From the NCBI GenBank assembly GCA_947462765.1, contig CANHQK010000002.1:38099-102098 (forward strand): a stretch of 64,000 bases of DNA, given 5' to 3'. The notes below the pieces were generated by a model. It was not told where the DNA came from and searched no databases. It saw only the letters and a program-made list of their open reading frames with translations. A program made the translations under genes and the position numbers. Numbering within the stretch: the first letter of the stretch is position 1; each line of letters opens with the position of its first letter. Shown one piece after another: positions 1-11,365 of the stretch. The stretch is from Bdellovibrionales bacterium (GTDB taxonomy: Bacteria > Bdellovibrionota > UBA1018 > CAIMNF01).

Positions 1-483
1 TCCGTGAAGCCGGAGCTATTGGTTTGCGACGAGCCGGTTTCCGCCCTCGATGTTTCGATCCAAGCGCAGATCGTGAACTTGATGCAGGATCTCCAGAAGG
101 AACTCAAGCTCACTTACCTGTTCATTGCGCATGACTTGAAGGTGGTGGAACACATTTCGAACCGGGTAGCGGTGATGTATCTCGGAAAAATCGCCGAAAT
201 CGCCGAGGCCGAACAACTCTATTCGAATCCCCGTCATCCCTACACGCGAGCGCTCTTGTCGGCCATTCCGATTCCGGACCCGACCCACAAAAGTGAGCGG
301 ATCATCCTCCAGGGTGATGTGCCTTCACCCTTGAATCCGCCCAACGGGTGTTTCTTCAATCCCCGTTGCCCGTCCGTACAGGATCGTTGTCGCAGCGAAC
401 GCCCGGAATTATCCGTTATGGATCCTCGTGATCCACTCCATCAGGCGGCTTGCCATTTTCCTGCTGGAGGATCACGTTCATGA
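1..483 (+). CDS. Oligopeptide/dipeptide ABC transporter ATP-binding subunit (OppF/AppF-like), C-terminal part; 5' end lies outside the window
   Basis: Walker B/D-loop [19 protein letters not shown]-loop [14 protein letters not shown] motif and Cys-rich oligopeptide-ATPase tail ([16 protein letters not shown]). Confidence 0.93.
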   Translation, partial: SVKPELLVCDEPVSALDVSIQAQIVNLMQDLQKELKLTYLFIAHDLKVVEHISNRVAVMYLGKIAEIAEAEQLYSNPRHPYTRALLSAIPIPDPTHKSERIILQGDVPSPLNPPNGCFFNPRCPSVQDRCRSERPELSVMDPRDPLHQAACHFPAGGSRS

Positions 484-782
484 GTGAGATCAAGGCGGCC
501 AAGCTGACAATGTCCCAGATCGACCTCGAGCTGAAGCGTCTTCCTGATTGGAGACTCAATGCATCCGGAGAGATCGAAAAGACCTTTCAGTTGAGTGGTT
601 TTCCGCAGTCCTTGATGTTCACGAGTGCTGTGGGTGTCCTGTCTGAAGCGAGGAATCACCATCCCGATATTCTGATCCAGTGGAACAAGGTCAGGCTCAC
701 GCTTTCGACTCATGATGCCGGCGGCCTGACCATGAAGGATTTCGACCTGGCCAAGGAAATCAATGCCCTCCCATCGTTCTGA
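480..782 (+). CDS. Pterin-4-alpha-carbinolamine dehydratase (PhhB/PCD family)
   Basis: NHHPDI and [14 protein letters not shown] motifs; ATG at 480 overlaps upstream TGA (ATGA). Confidence 0.9.
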   Translation: MSEIKAAKLTMSQIDLELKRLPDWRLNASGEIEKTFQLSGFPQSLMFTSAVGVLSEARNHHPDILIQWNKVRLTLSTHDAGGLTMKDFDLAKEINALPSF

Positions 783-1572
783 TCCTCCCAAGCCCTGGGT
801 GGTGATCACAGGTGCGTCGTCGGGGATCGGAGAGGGACTCGCCCTCGAATGGGCCAGGCGTGGAACCCATTCTCTGGTATTGGCTGCCAGAAATGCCGAT
901 CGTCTCCGTCATATTGCTGAATCTTGCAGGGACCGATGCGAGACCCGGGTGATGCCTGTGGATCTGGGCGATCCGTTGTCGATCGATCGTTTTGCCGAAG
1001 CACTAGCGGAAAGCGGGATCTGCCCGTCAGTGGTGGTTCACAACGCCGGTATTTCCCAGCGCTCGCTCGCACTCGACACCGAACTCTCCGTGGTCCGCAG
1101 GATCATGGAGGTGAATTATTTCGGGACGGTTCATCTCACTCGGAAGCTGCTTCCGGGAATGATGGTTGCGGGTGGTGGTGAGTTCATCGTCATCACGAGC
1201 TTGGTGGGCAAGTTCGGAACGCCCCTCCGGAGCGCTTATTCGGCTTCGAAACATGCGCTTCATGGTTTTTTCGATTCCCTGAGGGCCGAGCTCGGTGGGC
1301 AAGGCATCCGGGTGATGATGGTCTGTCCGGGCTTCATCCGAACGGGGATCTCGATCAACGCACTGACCGGATCGGGCGAGAGTCAGGGGACCATGGATGA
1401 GGCCCAGGCCCGCGGGATGGAGCCATCCGTGTTTGCTCGTCACCTTCTCCGGCATCGCGACGCGGGCAGGGAAGAAGTGTGCATCGGCGGGCGGGAGGTG
1501 CTGGGTGTGTGGCTCAAGCGCTGGTTTCCATGGCTGTTTTCAAGGATCATTTCGCGCGCCAAGGTCACCTGA
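763..1572 (+). CDS. SDR family oxidoreductase (DHRS7-like)
   Basis: ITGASSGIG Rossmann motif, HNAG, YSASK catalytic motif, CPGFIRT. Confidence 0.93.
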   Translation: MPSHRSDPPKPWVVITGASSGIGEGLALEWARRGTHSLVLAARNADRLRHIAESCRDRCETRVMPVDLGDPLSIDRFAEALAESGICPSVVVHNAGISQRSLALDTELSVVRRIMEVNYFGTVHLTRKLLPGMMVAGGGEFIVITSLVGKFGTPLRSAYSASKHALHGFFDSLRAELGGQGIRVMMVCPGFIRTGISINALTGSGESQGTMDEAQARGMEPSVFARHLLRHRDAGREEVCIGGREVLGVWLKRWFPWLFSRIISRAKVT

Positions 1573-1591
1573 TTTGTGCTAAGGTGCGTCC

Positions 1592-3223
1592 ATGCACGAC
1601 ACCCGTTTCACCGTCCCCCATCCGGTCAATGAACCCATCCTCGGTTATCTGAAAGGCTCGCGGGAGCGTCTCGAGCTCAAGGCCGAGTTATCGAAGATTG
1701 AATCCGAGGTGGTCGAGATTCCGTGTGTGATCGGCGGGCGTGAGATCCGAACCGGAAATATCTTTGAAGTCCGGATGCCGCACGATCACCGGCACGTGAT
1801 CGCCCGGGTGCATTTAGCAGGAGAAGCCGAGCTCCGGATGGCGATTGACGCCGCACTCGACGCCAAACGGGAGTGGGAGGCGCTCCCCTGGTTCGAACGC
1901 GCCAAGATATTCTTGAAAGCTGCAGATCTGCTTGCCGGGCCCTGGCGTGCAAGATTGAACGGATCGACCATGCACGGACAATCGAAGAACGCCTTCCAGG
2001 CCGAAATCGACGCTGCTTGCGAGCTCGCGGATTTCCTGCGCTTCAATGCCGCATTCTACGAGCGCCTGCTTGGAGATCAGCCCTTTTCTCCCCCGGGACT
2101 CCATAATTCCGTCGATTACCGCCCGCTCGAGGGCTTTGTGTTCGCGGTCACTCCCTTCAACTTCACGGCGATCGCGGGCAACCTGCCGGCGGCTCCGGCG
2201 TTGGTCGGGAACACGGTGGTGTGGAAGCCTTCCGAGCAGCAGAGTCTGGCCGCCTACCGGACTTACGAATTGTTCCGCGAGGCTGGCCTTCCTCCGGGCG
2301 TGATCAACTTCGTTCCGGCCCCGGGGCCCCTGGCCGGGGAGGTGGTGCTTCCTCATGCCGAATTGGCCGGTGTCCATTTCACGGGGTCGAGCGGGACCTT
2401 CAATCACATCTGGAAAACGGTGGGGGAGGGGGTCGATCGGTACCGTACTTATCCGCGGATTGTCGGTGAGACAGGGGGCAAGGACTTCGTGTTCGCCCAT
2501 CCGTCTGCCGATCAAGATGTACTCGCAACCGCTCTTATTCGCGGGGCCTTTGAATACCAAGGACAGAAATGCTCGGCCGCATCCCGCGCCTATATCCCGT
2601 CTTCCCTGTGGCGGGGTCTCGAGAAAAATCTGGTGGAACAGATCCGCGCCATCCGGGTGGGGGATGTCCGGGACTTCCGGAACCTCGTCAATGCGGTCAT
2701 CGATGAGCGGGCCTTCAAGAAGATCTCATCCTACCTTGATCATGTGAGGCAAGACTCAAGTTGCACCCTCTTGGCGGGTGGAGCCGCCAAAGGAGAGACT
2801 GGATATTTCATCGAGCCGACCCTGGTCCGGACGACGGACCCCAAAGCCCGGACCATGTGCGAGGAGATTTTCGGTCCGGTGCTGACCCTCTATGTCTATG
2901 ATGACGCAAATCTGCAAGACACCCTCGCGCTCGTCAACGAGACTTCGCCCTATGCCTTGACGGGAGCGCTGATCGCACAGGATCGGAAAGCCCTGGTGCA
3001 AATGGGCGAGACCCTCCGTCATGCCGCTGGCAATCTCTATATCAATGACAAGCCGACCGGTGCCGTAGTGGGCCAGCAACCGTTCGGGGGAGCGCGCCGG
3101 TCGGGCACGAACGACAAAGCCGGAAGCGCCATGAACCTGCTTCGCTGGATGAGTGCGCGGACCATCAAAGAAAATTTTGTCCCGCCCAAGCAGCTCCTGT
3201 ATCCTTACATGGATGAAGCCTGA
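1592..3223 (+). CDS. pruA: L-glutamate gamma-semialdehyde (P5C) dehydrogenase
   Basis: ALDH fold: TPFNFTAI, FTGS, GETGGKD, EYQGQKCSA, EEIFGPV, YINDKPTGAVVGQQPFGG.R.SGTNDKAG typical of monofunctional P5CDH. Confidence 0.93.
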   Translation: MHDTRFTVPHPVNEPILGYLKGSRERLELKAELSKIESEVVEIPCVIGGREIRTGNIFEVRMPHDHRHVIARVHLAGEAELRMAIDAALDAKREWEALPWFERAKIFLKAADLLAGPWRARLNGSTMHGQSKNAFQAEIDAACELADFLRFNAAFYERLLGDQPFSPPGLHNSVDYRPLEGFVFAVTPFNFTAIAGNLPAAPALVGNTVVWKPSEQQSLAAYRTYELFREAGLPPGVINFVPAPGPLAGEVVLPHAELAGVHFTGSSGTFNHIWKTVGEGVDRYRTYPRIVGETGGKDFVFAHPSADQDVLATALIRGAFEYQGQKCSAASRAYIPSSLWRGLEKNLVEQIRAIRVGDVRDFRNLVNAVIDERAFKKISSYLDHVRQDSSCTLLAGGAAKGETGYFIEPTLVRTTDPKARTMCEEIFGPVLTLYVYDDANLQDTLALVNETSPYALTGALIAQDRKALVQMGETLRHAAGNLYINDKPTGAVVGQQPFGGARRSGTNDKAGSAMNLLRWMSARTIKENFVPPKQLLYPYMDEA

Positions 3224-4715
3224 ATCCGCCTACGAAAGTTATCGTTCAAAACTCGCTAAAATCGCCGATCTCGGTTTTGCCGGGGCGGTCTTGAGCTGGG
3301 ATCAGCAGGTGTTCATGCCGAAAAACGGAGCCAGGGCCCGTGGGCGTCAGTTGGCCACCCTCTCGACTCTGGGGCACGAACTGTTCACAAGCGAGGAATT
3401 CGGAGCCCTGATCGGGAAGTTGGCCGAAAGTCCGGAACTGAGCGGAGATCAGCGGATCAATGTGGCGCTCACCCGGAAGGATTTCGAGCGGAAGAAGAAA
3501 TACCCCGACGCTTTTGTCGAGAAGATGTCACTCGTGACCTCCGAAGCCTTTGGTGCTTGGCATGAGGCGCGCACCAAGAAGGACTTTTCGATTTTCAAAC
3601 CGCTTCTGGAGCAAATTGTTCAACTGAAGCGTGAAGAAACCCGTCTCCTCGGATATGTGAATCATCCTTACGAGGCGCTCCTCGAGGATTATGAACCCGG
3701 TTTGACCGTCGCCAAGATCGACGAGGTGTTCGATCGTGTCCGGAAGGAGCTCTTTCCATTCATCCGTCAGATCCTGTCGCGTCCCCAACCGGATCATTCT
3801 TTTCTGATGAAGCATTACCCGAAGGCCAAGCAATGGGCTTTCTCCGAGAAAATGGTGCGTCAGATGGGATATGACTTCGACTCCGGGCGCGCGGATGATG
3901 CGCCCCATCCCTTTTGCACCACCTTCGGTCCCGGCGATGTCAGGATCACTCTTCGGAGTGATGAACATGAGTTCACCATGATGCTTTTCGCCGCCATTCA
4001 TGAGGCGGGACACGGACTTTACGAGCTTGGCCTGCCGCTCGAGTCGCACTACGGACTACCGCTCGGATCGGCTTTGTCACTGGCTTTCCATGAGTCCCAG
4101 TCGAGATTCTGGGAGAACAATATCGCCCGTTCGCTCCCCTATTGGAAAGCGAACTATCCTGTTCTTCAGGAGGAGTTTCCGGCGAATCTCGGTTCCGTGT
4201 CTCTCGAAACGTTCTACCGGGGTATCAATCGGATCGAGCCCTCGTTCATCCGGGTCGAAGCCGATGAACTGACTTATCACGCGCACATTTATATTCGCTA
4301 CCTGATCGAGAAGGCTCTCATCGAAGGATCCATTGAGGTCTCGGATGTACCCCGGGTTTGGAATGACCGGTACGAGGAGTTCCTCGGAATCCGTCCTTCG
4401 AATGATTCTGAAGGGTGTCTGCAAGACATTCATTGGTCTTACGGATCCTTCGGGTATTTCCCCACTTATTCGTTTGGAAGCTTCTATGCCGCCCAATTGG
4501 CTGCTGCGATGAAGAGGCAGATTCCCGGATTCGATTCTCTCATCGAGGCGGGAAGCCTGGCTCCAGTTCTTGAGTGGCTCAGGAGCAAGGTTCATTCGAA
4601 GGGGCGCAGTTTGAATTCGGAGGAACTGCTGATCGAAACCACGGGCAAAGGGCTTGATGTCGGTGATTTCATGGACTACGCGCGTTCCAAATATGGGGCC
4701 ATTTACGGCCTTTGA
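3213..4715 (+). CDS. Carboxypeptidase, M32 (Taq) family
   Basis: HPF, HEAGH zinc motif, HESQSR, IRVEADELTY, GCLQDIHW, GYFPTY; start taken at MKPES (3213) overlapping pruA end. Confidence 0.95.
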   Translation: MKPESAYESYRSKLAKIADLGFAGAVLSWDQQVFMPKNGARARGRQLATLSTLGHELFTSEEFGALIGKLAESPELSGDQRINVALTRKDFERKKKYPDAFVEKMSLVTSEAFGAWHEARTKKDFSIFKPLLEQIVQLKREETRLLGYVNHPYEALLEDYEPGLTVAKIDEVFDRVRKELFPFIRQILSRPQPDHSFLMKHYPKAKQWAFSEKMVRQMGYDFDSGRADDAPHPFCTTFGPGDVRITLRSDEHEFTMMLFAAIHEAGHGLYELGLPLESHYGLPLGSALSLAFHESQSRFWENNIARSLPYWKANYPVLQEEFPANLGSVSLETFYRGINRIEPSFIRVEADELTYHAHIYIRYLIEKALIEGSIEVSDVPRVWNDRYEEFLGIRPSNDSEGCLQDIHWSYGSFGYFPTYSFGSFYAAQLAAAMKRQIPGFDSLIEAGSLAPVLEWLRSKVHSKGRSLNSEELLIETTGKGLDVGDFMDYARSKYGAIYGL

Positions 4716-4725
4716 TTCGGGCGGT

Positions 4726-6123
4726 TCAGTCCTCGGATTCGATGCCGAATGATTTCATCCTGCGGTGAAGGTAGCTCCGCTCGATGCCGAGAACTTGTGC
4801 GGTCTTCGAAATGTTCCAGCCGTTCTCTTTCAAGGACTGGATGATGTACTCGCGCTCGAAATCGGCTTTGGCATCCTTCAGTGAACGTCCCCCTGATAAT
4901 GCGACGATTCCATGGGTTTCCACCTGGCCAGAGGCTGCCGGAGCGAATCCTTCATCTCCGAGGTGCATGCGGAGTTCGTCCGACCCGACAGGATCGTTTT
5001 CCTCGGGGGCCTGAAGGATCACGATCCGCTCGATCAGATTTCTGAGTTCACGGATGTTTCCGGGCCAGGAGTGGCGCTCCAGGAGTTGGATCGCATCCTG
5101 TGAGAAGGTCCGTTTCGGCTTCTGGTGAGAGACTGAAAACTCCCTCAAAAAGTGATCGCTCAGCAGGGGAATGTCCTCTTTCCGGTCCCGGAGGGCCGGA
5201 ATGTGGATCCGGATCACATTGAGTCGGAAATAAAGGTCTTCCCTGAAATTACCCTTCGCGATTTCCTGCTTGAGATCCTTGTTGGTCGCGGCAATCACCC
5301 GGACATCCACCGAGTGGGTTTCGTGCCCGCCCACCCGCTCGAACTTCTGCTCCTGAAGGATGCGCAGGATCTTGGCCTGCGTTTTCATCGACATGTCGCC
5401 GATCTCATCGAGAAACAGGGTTCCCTGGTCGGCCAGATCGAATCGACCGCGGCGGCGCTGTGTCGCACCGGTGAAGGCCCCCCGCTCATGACCGAAAAGC
5501 TCACTCTCGATCAGCTCTTCCGGGATCGCAGCACAATTGACCTCTATGAACGGTTTCTTGAATCGGTGGGAAAGAGCGTGAATGGTTTGTGCTGCGACTT
5601 CCTTGCCGGTGCCGTTCTCGCCAGTGATCAGAACCGAGCTATTGGTCGGCGCCACCCGGCGGATGAGTTCCTGGATCTGCTTCATCGATGGAGATTCCCC
5701 GATGAAGGGCCGTTTCCCTGACAGCTGTTTACGAAGGGCTTGGTTTTCCTCGATCAGATCCCGGGCGGAGAGTGCGTTCCGGATGAGTACGAGCAAGCGG
5801 TCCAGTTCAACGGGCTTCTCCATGAAGTCGAAAGCACCGAGCTTGGTTGCTTTCACTGCAGTCTCGATATTCCCGTGACCGGACATGATGATCACAGGGG
5901 TCTCGATCCCTTTTGCCTTCATTTCGGTCAGCGCGGCCATCCCGTCGAGATCCGGCATCCAGATGTCGAGCAGGATCAAATCAGGGTTGTCTTTCAGTGC
6001 GGTCTCGATACCTTGTCGGGCATTCGGAGACTTGAGGGTCCTGTACCCCTCGTCTTGCAGGGCTCCGGCGAGTGAGTCCCGGATCGAGGGTTCGTCATCG
6101 ATGATCAGGATCGTCCGGCTCAT
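4726..6123 (-). CDS. Sigma54-dependent response regulator (NtrX/NtrC family)
   Basis: REC domain (IIDDE, LLDIWMP), AAA+ GENGTGKE, ESELFGHERGAFTGA, WPGNIREL, Fis-type HTH; paired with NtrY-like kinase. Confidence 0.93.
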   Translation of the reverse strand: MSRTILIIDDEPSIRDSLAGALQDEGYRTLKSPNARQGIETALKDNPDLILLDIWMPDLDGMAALTEMKAKGIETPVIIMSGHGNIETAVKATKLGAFDFMEKPVELDRLLVLIRNALSARDLIEENQALRKQLSGKRPFIGESPSMKQIQELIRRVAPTNSSVLITGENGTGKEVAAQTIHALSHRFKKPFIEVNCAAIPEELIESELFGHERGAFTGATQRRRGRFDLADQGTLFLDEIGDMSMKTQAKILRILQEQKFERVGGHETHSVDVRVIAATNKDLKQEIAKGNFREDLYFRLNVIRIHIPALRDRKEDIPLLSDHFLREFSVSHQKPKRTFSQDAIQLLERHSWPGNIRELRNLIERIVILQAPEENDPVGSDELRMHLGDEGFAPAASGQVETHGIVALSGGRSLKDAKADFEREYIIQSLKENGWNISKTAQVLGIERSYLHRRMKSFGIESED

Positions 6124-8336
6124 GAGATCAGCTTAGCCGTTTTGAGGGGAAGCTCAATGATAAAAGAAGTGCCTGCGTCAAGCTTCGAGGACAGTCGGAT
6201 GTATCCCCCGTGATCGTTGATGATCCTTTTCACGATGGCCAGCCCGAGTCCTGTCCCTTCAGATTTTGTCGAGAAATAAGGCTCAAAAGCACGCTCCTGG
6301 ATTTCCTCGCTCATGCCGGGGCCATTGTCTTTCAGGATCAGAGCGGCCATTTCAAGAGGCGCATTGAAATGGGTCTCGATTTCGATCCTGCCCGGCCGGG
6401 TACCCTTCGCAGATTGGATTGCGGCGATTCCGTTGTCGATCAGATTCATGAGAACCCGCTTCATCTGATCCCGATCGAGATTGATGACCGGCAGTCGGGT
6501 TTCCAGACGTGTGATGAAATGGATTTCAGGGTGGGCGGAAAGATACAGCTTCAAGGTTTCCTGGATCAGCTCGTTCAGTTGCTGGGGGGTCGGAGAAACC
6601 TCGGGAAGGCGGGCGAAGTTCGAAAACTCGTTCACCATCTCTTTGAGTTCGTCAGTGTGCTGGATGATCACCTTGGTGCACTCCTGCACCAGTTGCCCGT
6701 CCTGACCCGGAAGTTCGCGGAGGCGCCTTTGGAGTCGCTGAGCGGAAAGTTTGATCGGGGTGAGAGGGTTCTTGATCTCATGCGCGATCCGTTTGGCCAC
6801 CTCGCGCCAGGCCATTTCACGCTGGCCCTTGACCAGATGGGTGACATCATCCAAAACCGCCACTGCCCCCCAGATCCGGCCGTTTTCCTTCAAAGGTGAG
6901 GAAATCGCGGTGAGATTGCGGATTTCTCCTTCGATCTTCCCGGTCCAGGTGGTCTCGAGCTCGGTTTTGGGTGCATCCTCAAGAGCCGATTCCAGGACGC
7001 CTAGAATGCCTGCGAGTGATGCCCCCCTTAAAATTGCATTCATGGGGCGTCCGGAGTATTCGCCGTCAGGCAGATCCAAAAGGGTCCGGGCCGCCGAATT
7101 CAGGGTCAGGATGCCTCCGGTCCGGTCCACCAGAACGACTCCGGTGGCGATGTTGGACAAAATGGCCTCGAGTTGCTGGGTGCGCTGACGGATCTCGGCC
7201 TGGTTCCTTTTCAGGTCCGCGGTCATCTTGTTGAAGCTCTCCACCAGTGTGGCGATTTCATCATCGCCGGTTTTCTCAATCGTCACATCCAGTCGACCGC
7301 GTCCCACTTCGTGCGCAGCTCGAACCAGACGCTCGACGGGAACGGTGAGCTCACGTGCCAGATACAGTCCGAGCCAGATCTCAGCGAAGATGATCAGCAG
7401 GGTGATCAGGATCAGGATGATGAAGTAGGTGGTCTTGATCGGGTACTTGAGCGGATTGATGTCCTTGTACTCTTCGGCCGTATTGGCGATTTGTCCCGCT
7501 TTCTGGGTCAAGTTGACTGGAATGAGCGTGTTCACGATGACCAGCGCCTTCACTGTGCCCGAGGGGTATTCCATGACCGGGACCCCGGAACGGACGAGGT
7601 CGGCCCTGCCGACCGACTGGATGAAGGTGATCCGGTTGCCTTGGAATCCTGCCTTGAGGCGGTCCAGGCTGGGGCGTACGTAGGCATCGGGACTGTGGAT
7701 TCTGGAGTGCGGATCCATCACCATCCAAGGACGGGAAAAGGGATCGGCGTACACTTCGACGGCATTCAGGGCATAGAGATCCCTGAGGTGTTCGAGTTGT
7801 TGCAACCAGGCGGTTTCCGATCTCTTGGAGGCCCCGTACTTCAGCGGCCGGAGCTGGTTGGCGATCAAACCCGCGAAGTGCGTCGAGAGATTTTCCGCAT
7901 TCTTGTAATACAGGCTCGTGATCTCAAGAGAGGACTCGAGGGTGTTCTGGACCTTCAGCGAGAACCACTTGTCGAAGCTCTGATTGATATACAGGGCCGA
8001 GATGGTGAAAACCGTGAGGGTGGGAATGATCGAGAATCCGATGAAAGCTGCAACCAGCTTGGACTTGAGTCGTGAACCGAGGATCCGGCTCCTGCGTTCG
8101 AAGAAGATTTTTCCGACATTCTTGAAAATGAGCCAAAGCAGTCCGACCAGAATGACGATGTTGAAGTTGATGAGTCCGAAGAAAAAGATCGAATTGACGA
8201 AGGGCAGGGTGGAAGAGATTTTTCCGAGGCGGAACTCGACGGCGGTCAGCAGGGCGAAAGCGATCGCGAGGCCGAAAATGATGACCCTTTCCCGGCGTCT
8301 TTTCCGGGCTTCCCGTTGCTCCAAGCGATCCGACAT
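6120..8336 (-). CDS. NtrY-like membrane sensor histidine kinase (TM, HAMP, PAS, HisKA, HATPase)
   Basis: [28 protein letters not shown]-box typical of Ntr[33 protein letters not shown] overlap with regulator. Confidence 0.92.
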   Translation of the reverse strand: MSDRLEQREARKRRRERVIIFGLAIAFALLTAVEFRLGKISSTLPFVNSIFFFGLINFNIVILVGLLWLIFKNVGKIFFERRSRILGSRLKSKLVAAFIGFSIIPTLTVFTISALYINQSFDKWFSLKVQNTLESSLEITSLYYKNAENLSTHFAGLIANQLRPLKYGASKRSETAWLQQLEHLRDLYALNAVEVYADPFSRPWMVMDPHSRIHSPDAYVRPSLDRLKAGFQGNRITFIQSVGRADLVRSGVPVMEYPSGTVKALVIVNTLIPVNLTQKAGQIANTAEEYKDINPLKYPIKTTYFIILILITLLIIFAEIWLGLYLARELTVPVERLVRAAHEVGRGRLDVTIEKTGDDEIATLVESFNKMTADLKRNQAEIRQRTQQLEAILSNIATGVVLVDRTGGILTLNSAARTLLDLPDGEYSGRPMNAILRGASLAGILGVLESALEDAPKTELETTWTGKIEGEIRNLTAISSPLKENGRIWGAVAVLDDVTHLVKGQREMAWREVAKRIAHEIKNPLTPIKLSAQRLQRRLRELPGQDGQLVQECTKVIIQHTDELKEMVNEFSNFARLPEVSPTPQQLNELIQETLKLYLSAHPEIHFITRLETRLPVINLDRDQMKRVLMNLIDNGIAAIQSAKGTRPGRIEIETHFNAPLEMAALILKDNGPGMSEEIQERAFEPYFSTKSEGTGLGLAIVKRIINDHGGYIRLSSKLDAGTSFIIELPLKTAKLIS

Positions 8337-8387
8337 GGGGCGAGATTATCATGGATTTTGGCCCTAAATCGAACTATTCTACCCCGC

Positions 8388-9860
8388 ATGGCAGAAAAAA
8401 TCACACCCCGCAGCGAAAACTTCCCCGAGTGGTATCAGGATGTGGTGATCCAGGCCCGTCTGGCCGATTACAGTCCGGTCAAAGGATGCATGGTCATCCG
8501 TCCGAATGGCTATTCGATTTGGGAACGGATCCAGAAGGAAATGAACGATCGGATCAAGGCGGCAGGAGTGAAGAACGCCTATTTCCCGATGTTCATCCCT
8601 GAGAGCTTCATCAAAAAAGAAGCGGATCACGTTGAGGGCTTCGCTCCACAGGTGGCCGTGGTGACCCATGCGGGGGCCAAGGATCTCGACGAAAAACTCG
8701 TGGTCCGTCCGACCTCCGAAACCATCATCAATTCGATGTTCGCCAAGTGGATCCAGAGTTACCGGGATCTTCCCTTGCTCATGAACCAATGGGCCAACGT
8801 GGTCCGGTGGGAAATGCGGACTCGCCTTTTTCTGAGAACCACTGAGTTCTTGTGGCAGGAGGGCCACACCTGCCATGCCACGCTCGATGAGGCCGAGGTC
8901 TTCACCCAAAGGATGCTGAAGATGTACCACGAGTTCGCAGAAAACGTCTTGGCGATGCCGGTGGTTCCAGGCATGAAATCCGAGGCCGAGAAATTCGCCG
9001 GTGCGCTCCGTACCTATTGCATCGAAGCCATGATGCAAGACGGAAAGGCTCTGCAGGCGGGCACTTCGCACAATCTTTCGGATCACTTTGCCAAGGCCTT
9101 CGATACGATGTTCCTCGACAAGGATGGAAAGCAGAAGCATGTGTTCCAGACCAGTTGGGGTGTTTCGACACGCCTGATCGGCGGGATGATCATGACCCAT
9201 TCGGACGACAAGGGGCTTGTTCTGCCACCCATGCTGGCTGAAACCCACGTGGTGATTGTTCCGATCACTCCGAAAGCTGGCACAGCCCCTGCGATTCATG
9301 AGGCTGCCGATCGTCTGGCTGCATCAATCCGCGAGCACGCGGATGCGCAAGCGCTGCCGTACCGTATCGGTGTTTCGGTGGATAAGGACGATACCAAACA
9401 AGCAGGCTGGAAGTTCCATGAGTATGAATTGATCGGAATCCCGGTCCGGATCGAAATCGGTCCTCGTGATCTTGAAAAATCGCAGGCGGTGTTCACCCGG
9501 CGCGATGTGGGAGTGAAGGAGTTCGTCCCGCTGGCGGATCTTCCTGCGAAGATCGCGCGCGAGCTCAAGTCCATGCAGTCGGATTTGCTCGAGAAGGCCC
9601 GTGCTCATCGTGACCGCAATACCCATGAGGTCGATGATTACACCACTTTCAAGAAGCTGCTCGACGAGAAGGGCGGGTTTTTCAAAGTGCCTTGGAGCCT
9701 TGATCGTGCGGCCGAGGAGCAGATCAAGGAAGAAACCAAAGCGACTCTCCGGTGTATCCTGCTCGACGAGTCTTTCAAGCCTGTTCAGGCGGGTAAGCCT
9801 TGTTTCATGACCGGAAAGAAAGACGGAACCGTCATGGCGATCTTCGCCCGGTCGTATTGA
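8388..9860 (+). CDS. proS: Proline--tRNA ligase (archaeal/eukaryote-type)
   Basis: [53 protein letters not shown]-terminal FARSY. Confidence 0.97.
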   Translation: MAEKITPRSENFPEWYQDVVIQARLADYSPVKGCMVIRPNGYSIWERIQKEMNDRIKAAGVKNAYFPMFIPESFIKKEADHVEGFAPQVAVVTHAGAKDLDEKLVVRPTSETIINSMFAKWIQSYRDLPLLMNQWANVVRWEMRTRLFLRTTEFLWQEGHTCHATLDEAEVFTQRMLKMYHEFAENVLAMPVVPGMKSEAEKFAGALRTYCIEAMMQDGKALQAGTSHNLSDHFAKAFDTMFLDKDGKQKHVFQTSWGVSTRLIGGMIMTHSDDKGLVLPPMLAETHVVIVPITPKAGTAPAIHEAADRLAASIREHADAQALPYRIGVSVDKDDTKQAGWKFHEYELIGIPVRIEIGPRDLEKSQAVFTRRDVGVKEFVPLADLPAKIARELKSMQSDLLEKARAHRDRNTHEVDDYTTFKKLLDEKGGFFKVPWSLDRAAEEQIKEETKATLRCILLDESFKPVQAGKPCFMTGKKDGTVMAIFARSY

Positions 9861-9873
9861 GAAAGGTCCCGAC

Positions 9874-10602
9874 ATGAGCACCGATCTGGTGGTGGCACTC
9901 GACTTCAGTGAGCGATCTGAAGCCGAACAATTGATGGAGAAGCTCGAGGGTTTGCCCGTGATTTACAAGGTCGGGCTCGAGCTGTTCCTGTCGACGGGAG
10001 CCTCCTGGGTCCAGACGCTTTGTTCGCTCGGTCACCGTGTGTTTCTCGATCTGAAATTCCATGACATCCCGAACACGGTCGCTCAGGCCGTGGTCCAGGG
10101 GGCCAAAACCGGTGCCGAGTTCATTACGGTTCATCTTTCTGGCGGGCGCAGGATGCTGGATGAGATCGATCTGAAGCTTTCCGAAGCTCTTGCCAGCGGA
10201 CAGATCAGCTCCCGTCCGAACATTCTGGGAGTGAGCGTTCTGACCTCGTTTCACGAAGAAGAGTGGATTGCGAATGTCTCGCATATGGCCAAGATCACCG
10301 GCGTCAGGCAGATCTCGGACTCGGTCCAGCATTTCGCCAGCCTTGCTCATGACCATCCTGCTGTCCAAGGCATGGTTTGCTCGCCCAAGGAAATCGCTCT
10401 GGTGCGGACCAAGCATCCGCACTTGTTTTTGATGGTTCCGGGGATCCGTCCGGAAGGCGCCCCGGCGCATGACCAAAGCCGGGTCATGACGCCAAAAGAA
10501 GCCCGTGAGGCCGGAGCTTCGGCTGTGGTGGTCGGCAGGCCCATCACCCGGGCAGAGGATCCTCGAGCCATGACCCTGGCGATACTGGGAGAACTTGAAT
10601 GA
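9874..10602 (+). CDS. pyrF: Orotidine-5'-phosphate decarboxylase
   Basis: VALD, KVGLEL, FLDLKFHDIPNTV, VPGIRP, DQSRV.TP, VVGRPIT. Confidence 0.97.
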   Translation: MSTDLVVALDFSERSEAEQLMEKLEGLPVIYKVGLELFLSTGASWVQTLCSLGHRVFLDLKFHDIPNTVAQAVVQGAKTGAEFITVHLSGGRRMLDEIDLKLSEALASGQISSRPNILGVSVLTSFHEEEWIANVSHMAKITGVRQISDSVQHFASLAHDHPAVQGMVCSPKEIALVRTKHPHLFLMVPGIRPEGAPAHDQSRVMTPKEAREAGASAVVVGRPITRAEDPRAMTLAILGELE

Positions 10603-11357
10603 GTCAGGAACTTTTCGTCCGTAACCCGCACAGCATCCTCGAAGCGCTCAAGCAACGTCCCAAGGATGTGGTCGAGATCACCCTCCCGCGCGAGCGTCCC
10701 GAGGGGCCATGGATCCAGATTCAGGGGCTCGCCGAGCGTCACCGGATCCGGATGAGTCAGGGATCAAAAGATGCCTCCCGTCCTCGCGACAGGGGGCGTG
10801 GGCCCCAGAGTAATCCAGGAAGAGAAAGCGGTCATGGCGCTTTGATCCGTCCTAAGGCACCTGTTTCGATCGAGACTTTACTGGAAGGTGTGAGCGAGCA
10901 GGATCGCGGGGTCTGGATGGCGCTCGACAGTCTTCAGGACCCTCAGAATCTCGGCGCGGTATTCCGTGCGGCTGCCTTTTTCGGAGTGCGTGGCGTGATC
11001 ATGACCACTGAGCGCTCGGCGCCCATGACCGCAACAGTGTACGACATTGCCGCAGGCGGGGTGGAGCATGTACCGATGGTTCAGGCCATCAATCTGAAAC
11101 AGGCGCTCGAAAAAGCCAAAGAAGCGGGATTGTGGATTCTCGGGACTTCCGAGCATGCCAAAGAGTCTCTGGCAAAAGTGGCCCAGGACCGTCCTTGGCT
11201 TGTCGTGGTCGGGAATGAGGAAAAGGGCATGCGGCGCCTGACCGAAGAGAGTTGCGATGTGATCTGCGCCATTCCGCCTGCCGGAGACGGAGTGACATCA
11301 CTCAATGTCTCGGTTGCGACGGGAATCCTGCTGTTTCATCTGAGTCCGCAAGTCTGA
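10599..11357 (+). CDS. rlmB: TrmH/SpoU-family rRNA methyltransferase (RlmB-like)
   Basis: LDSLQDPQNLGAVFR, VVGNEEKGMR, SLNVSVA SPOUT motifs. Confidence 0.85.
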   Translation: MSQELFVRNPHSILEALKQRPKDVVEITLPRERPEGPWIQIQGLAERHRIRMSQGSKDASRPRDRGRGPQSNPGRESGHGALIRPKAPVSIETLLEGVSEQDRGVWMALDSLQDPQNLGAVFRAAAFFGVRGVIMTTERSAPMTATVYDIAAGGVEHVPMVQAINLKQALEKAKEAGLWILGTSEHAKESLAKVAQDRPWLVVVGNEEKGMRRLTEESCDVICAIPPAGDGVTSLNVSVATGILLFHLSPQV

Positions 11358-11365
11358 GTTTCGAT

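Noticed and set aside
8388..9860. Archaeal/eukaryote-type ProS as recent horizontal transfer
   Set aside because: This type is widespread in bacteria and codon style matches neighbours
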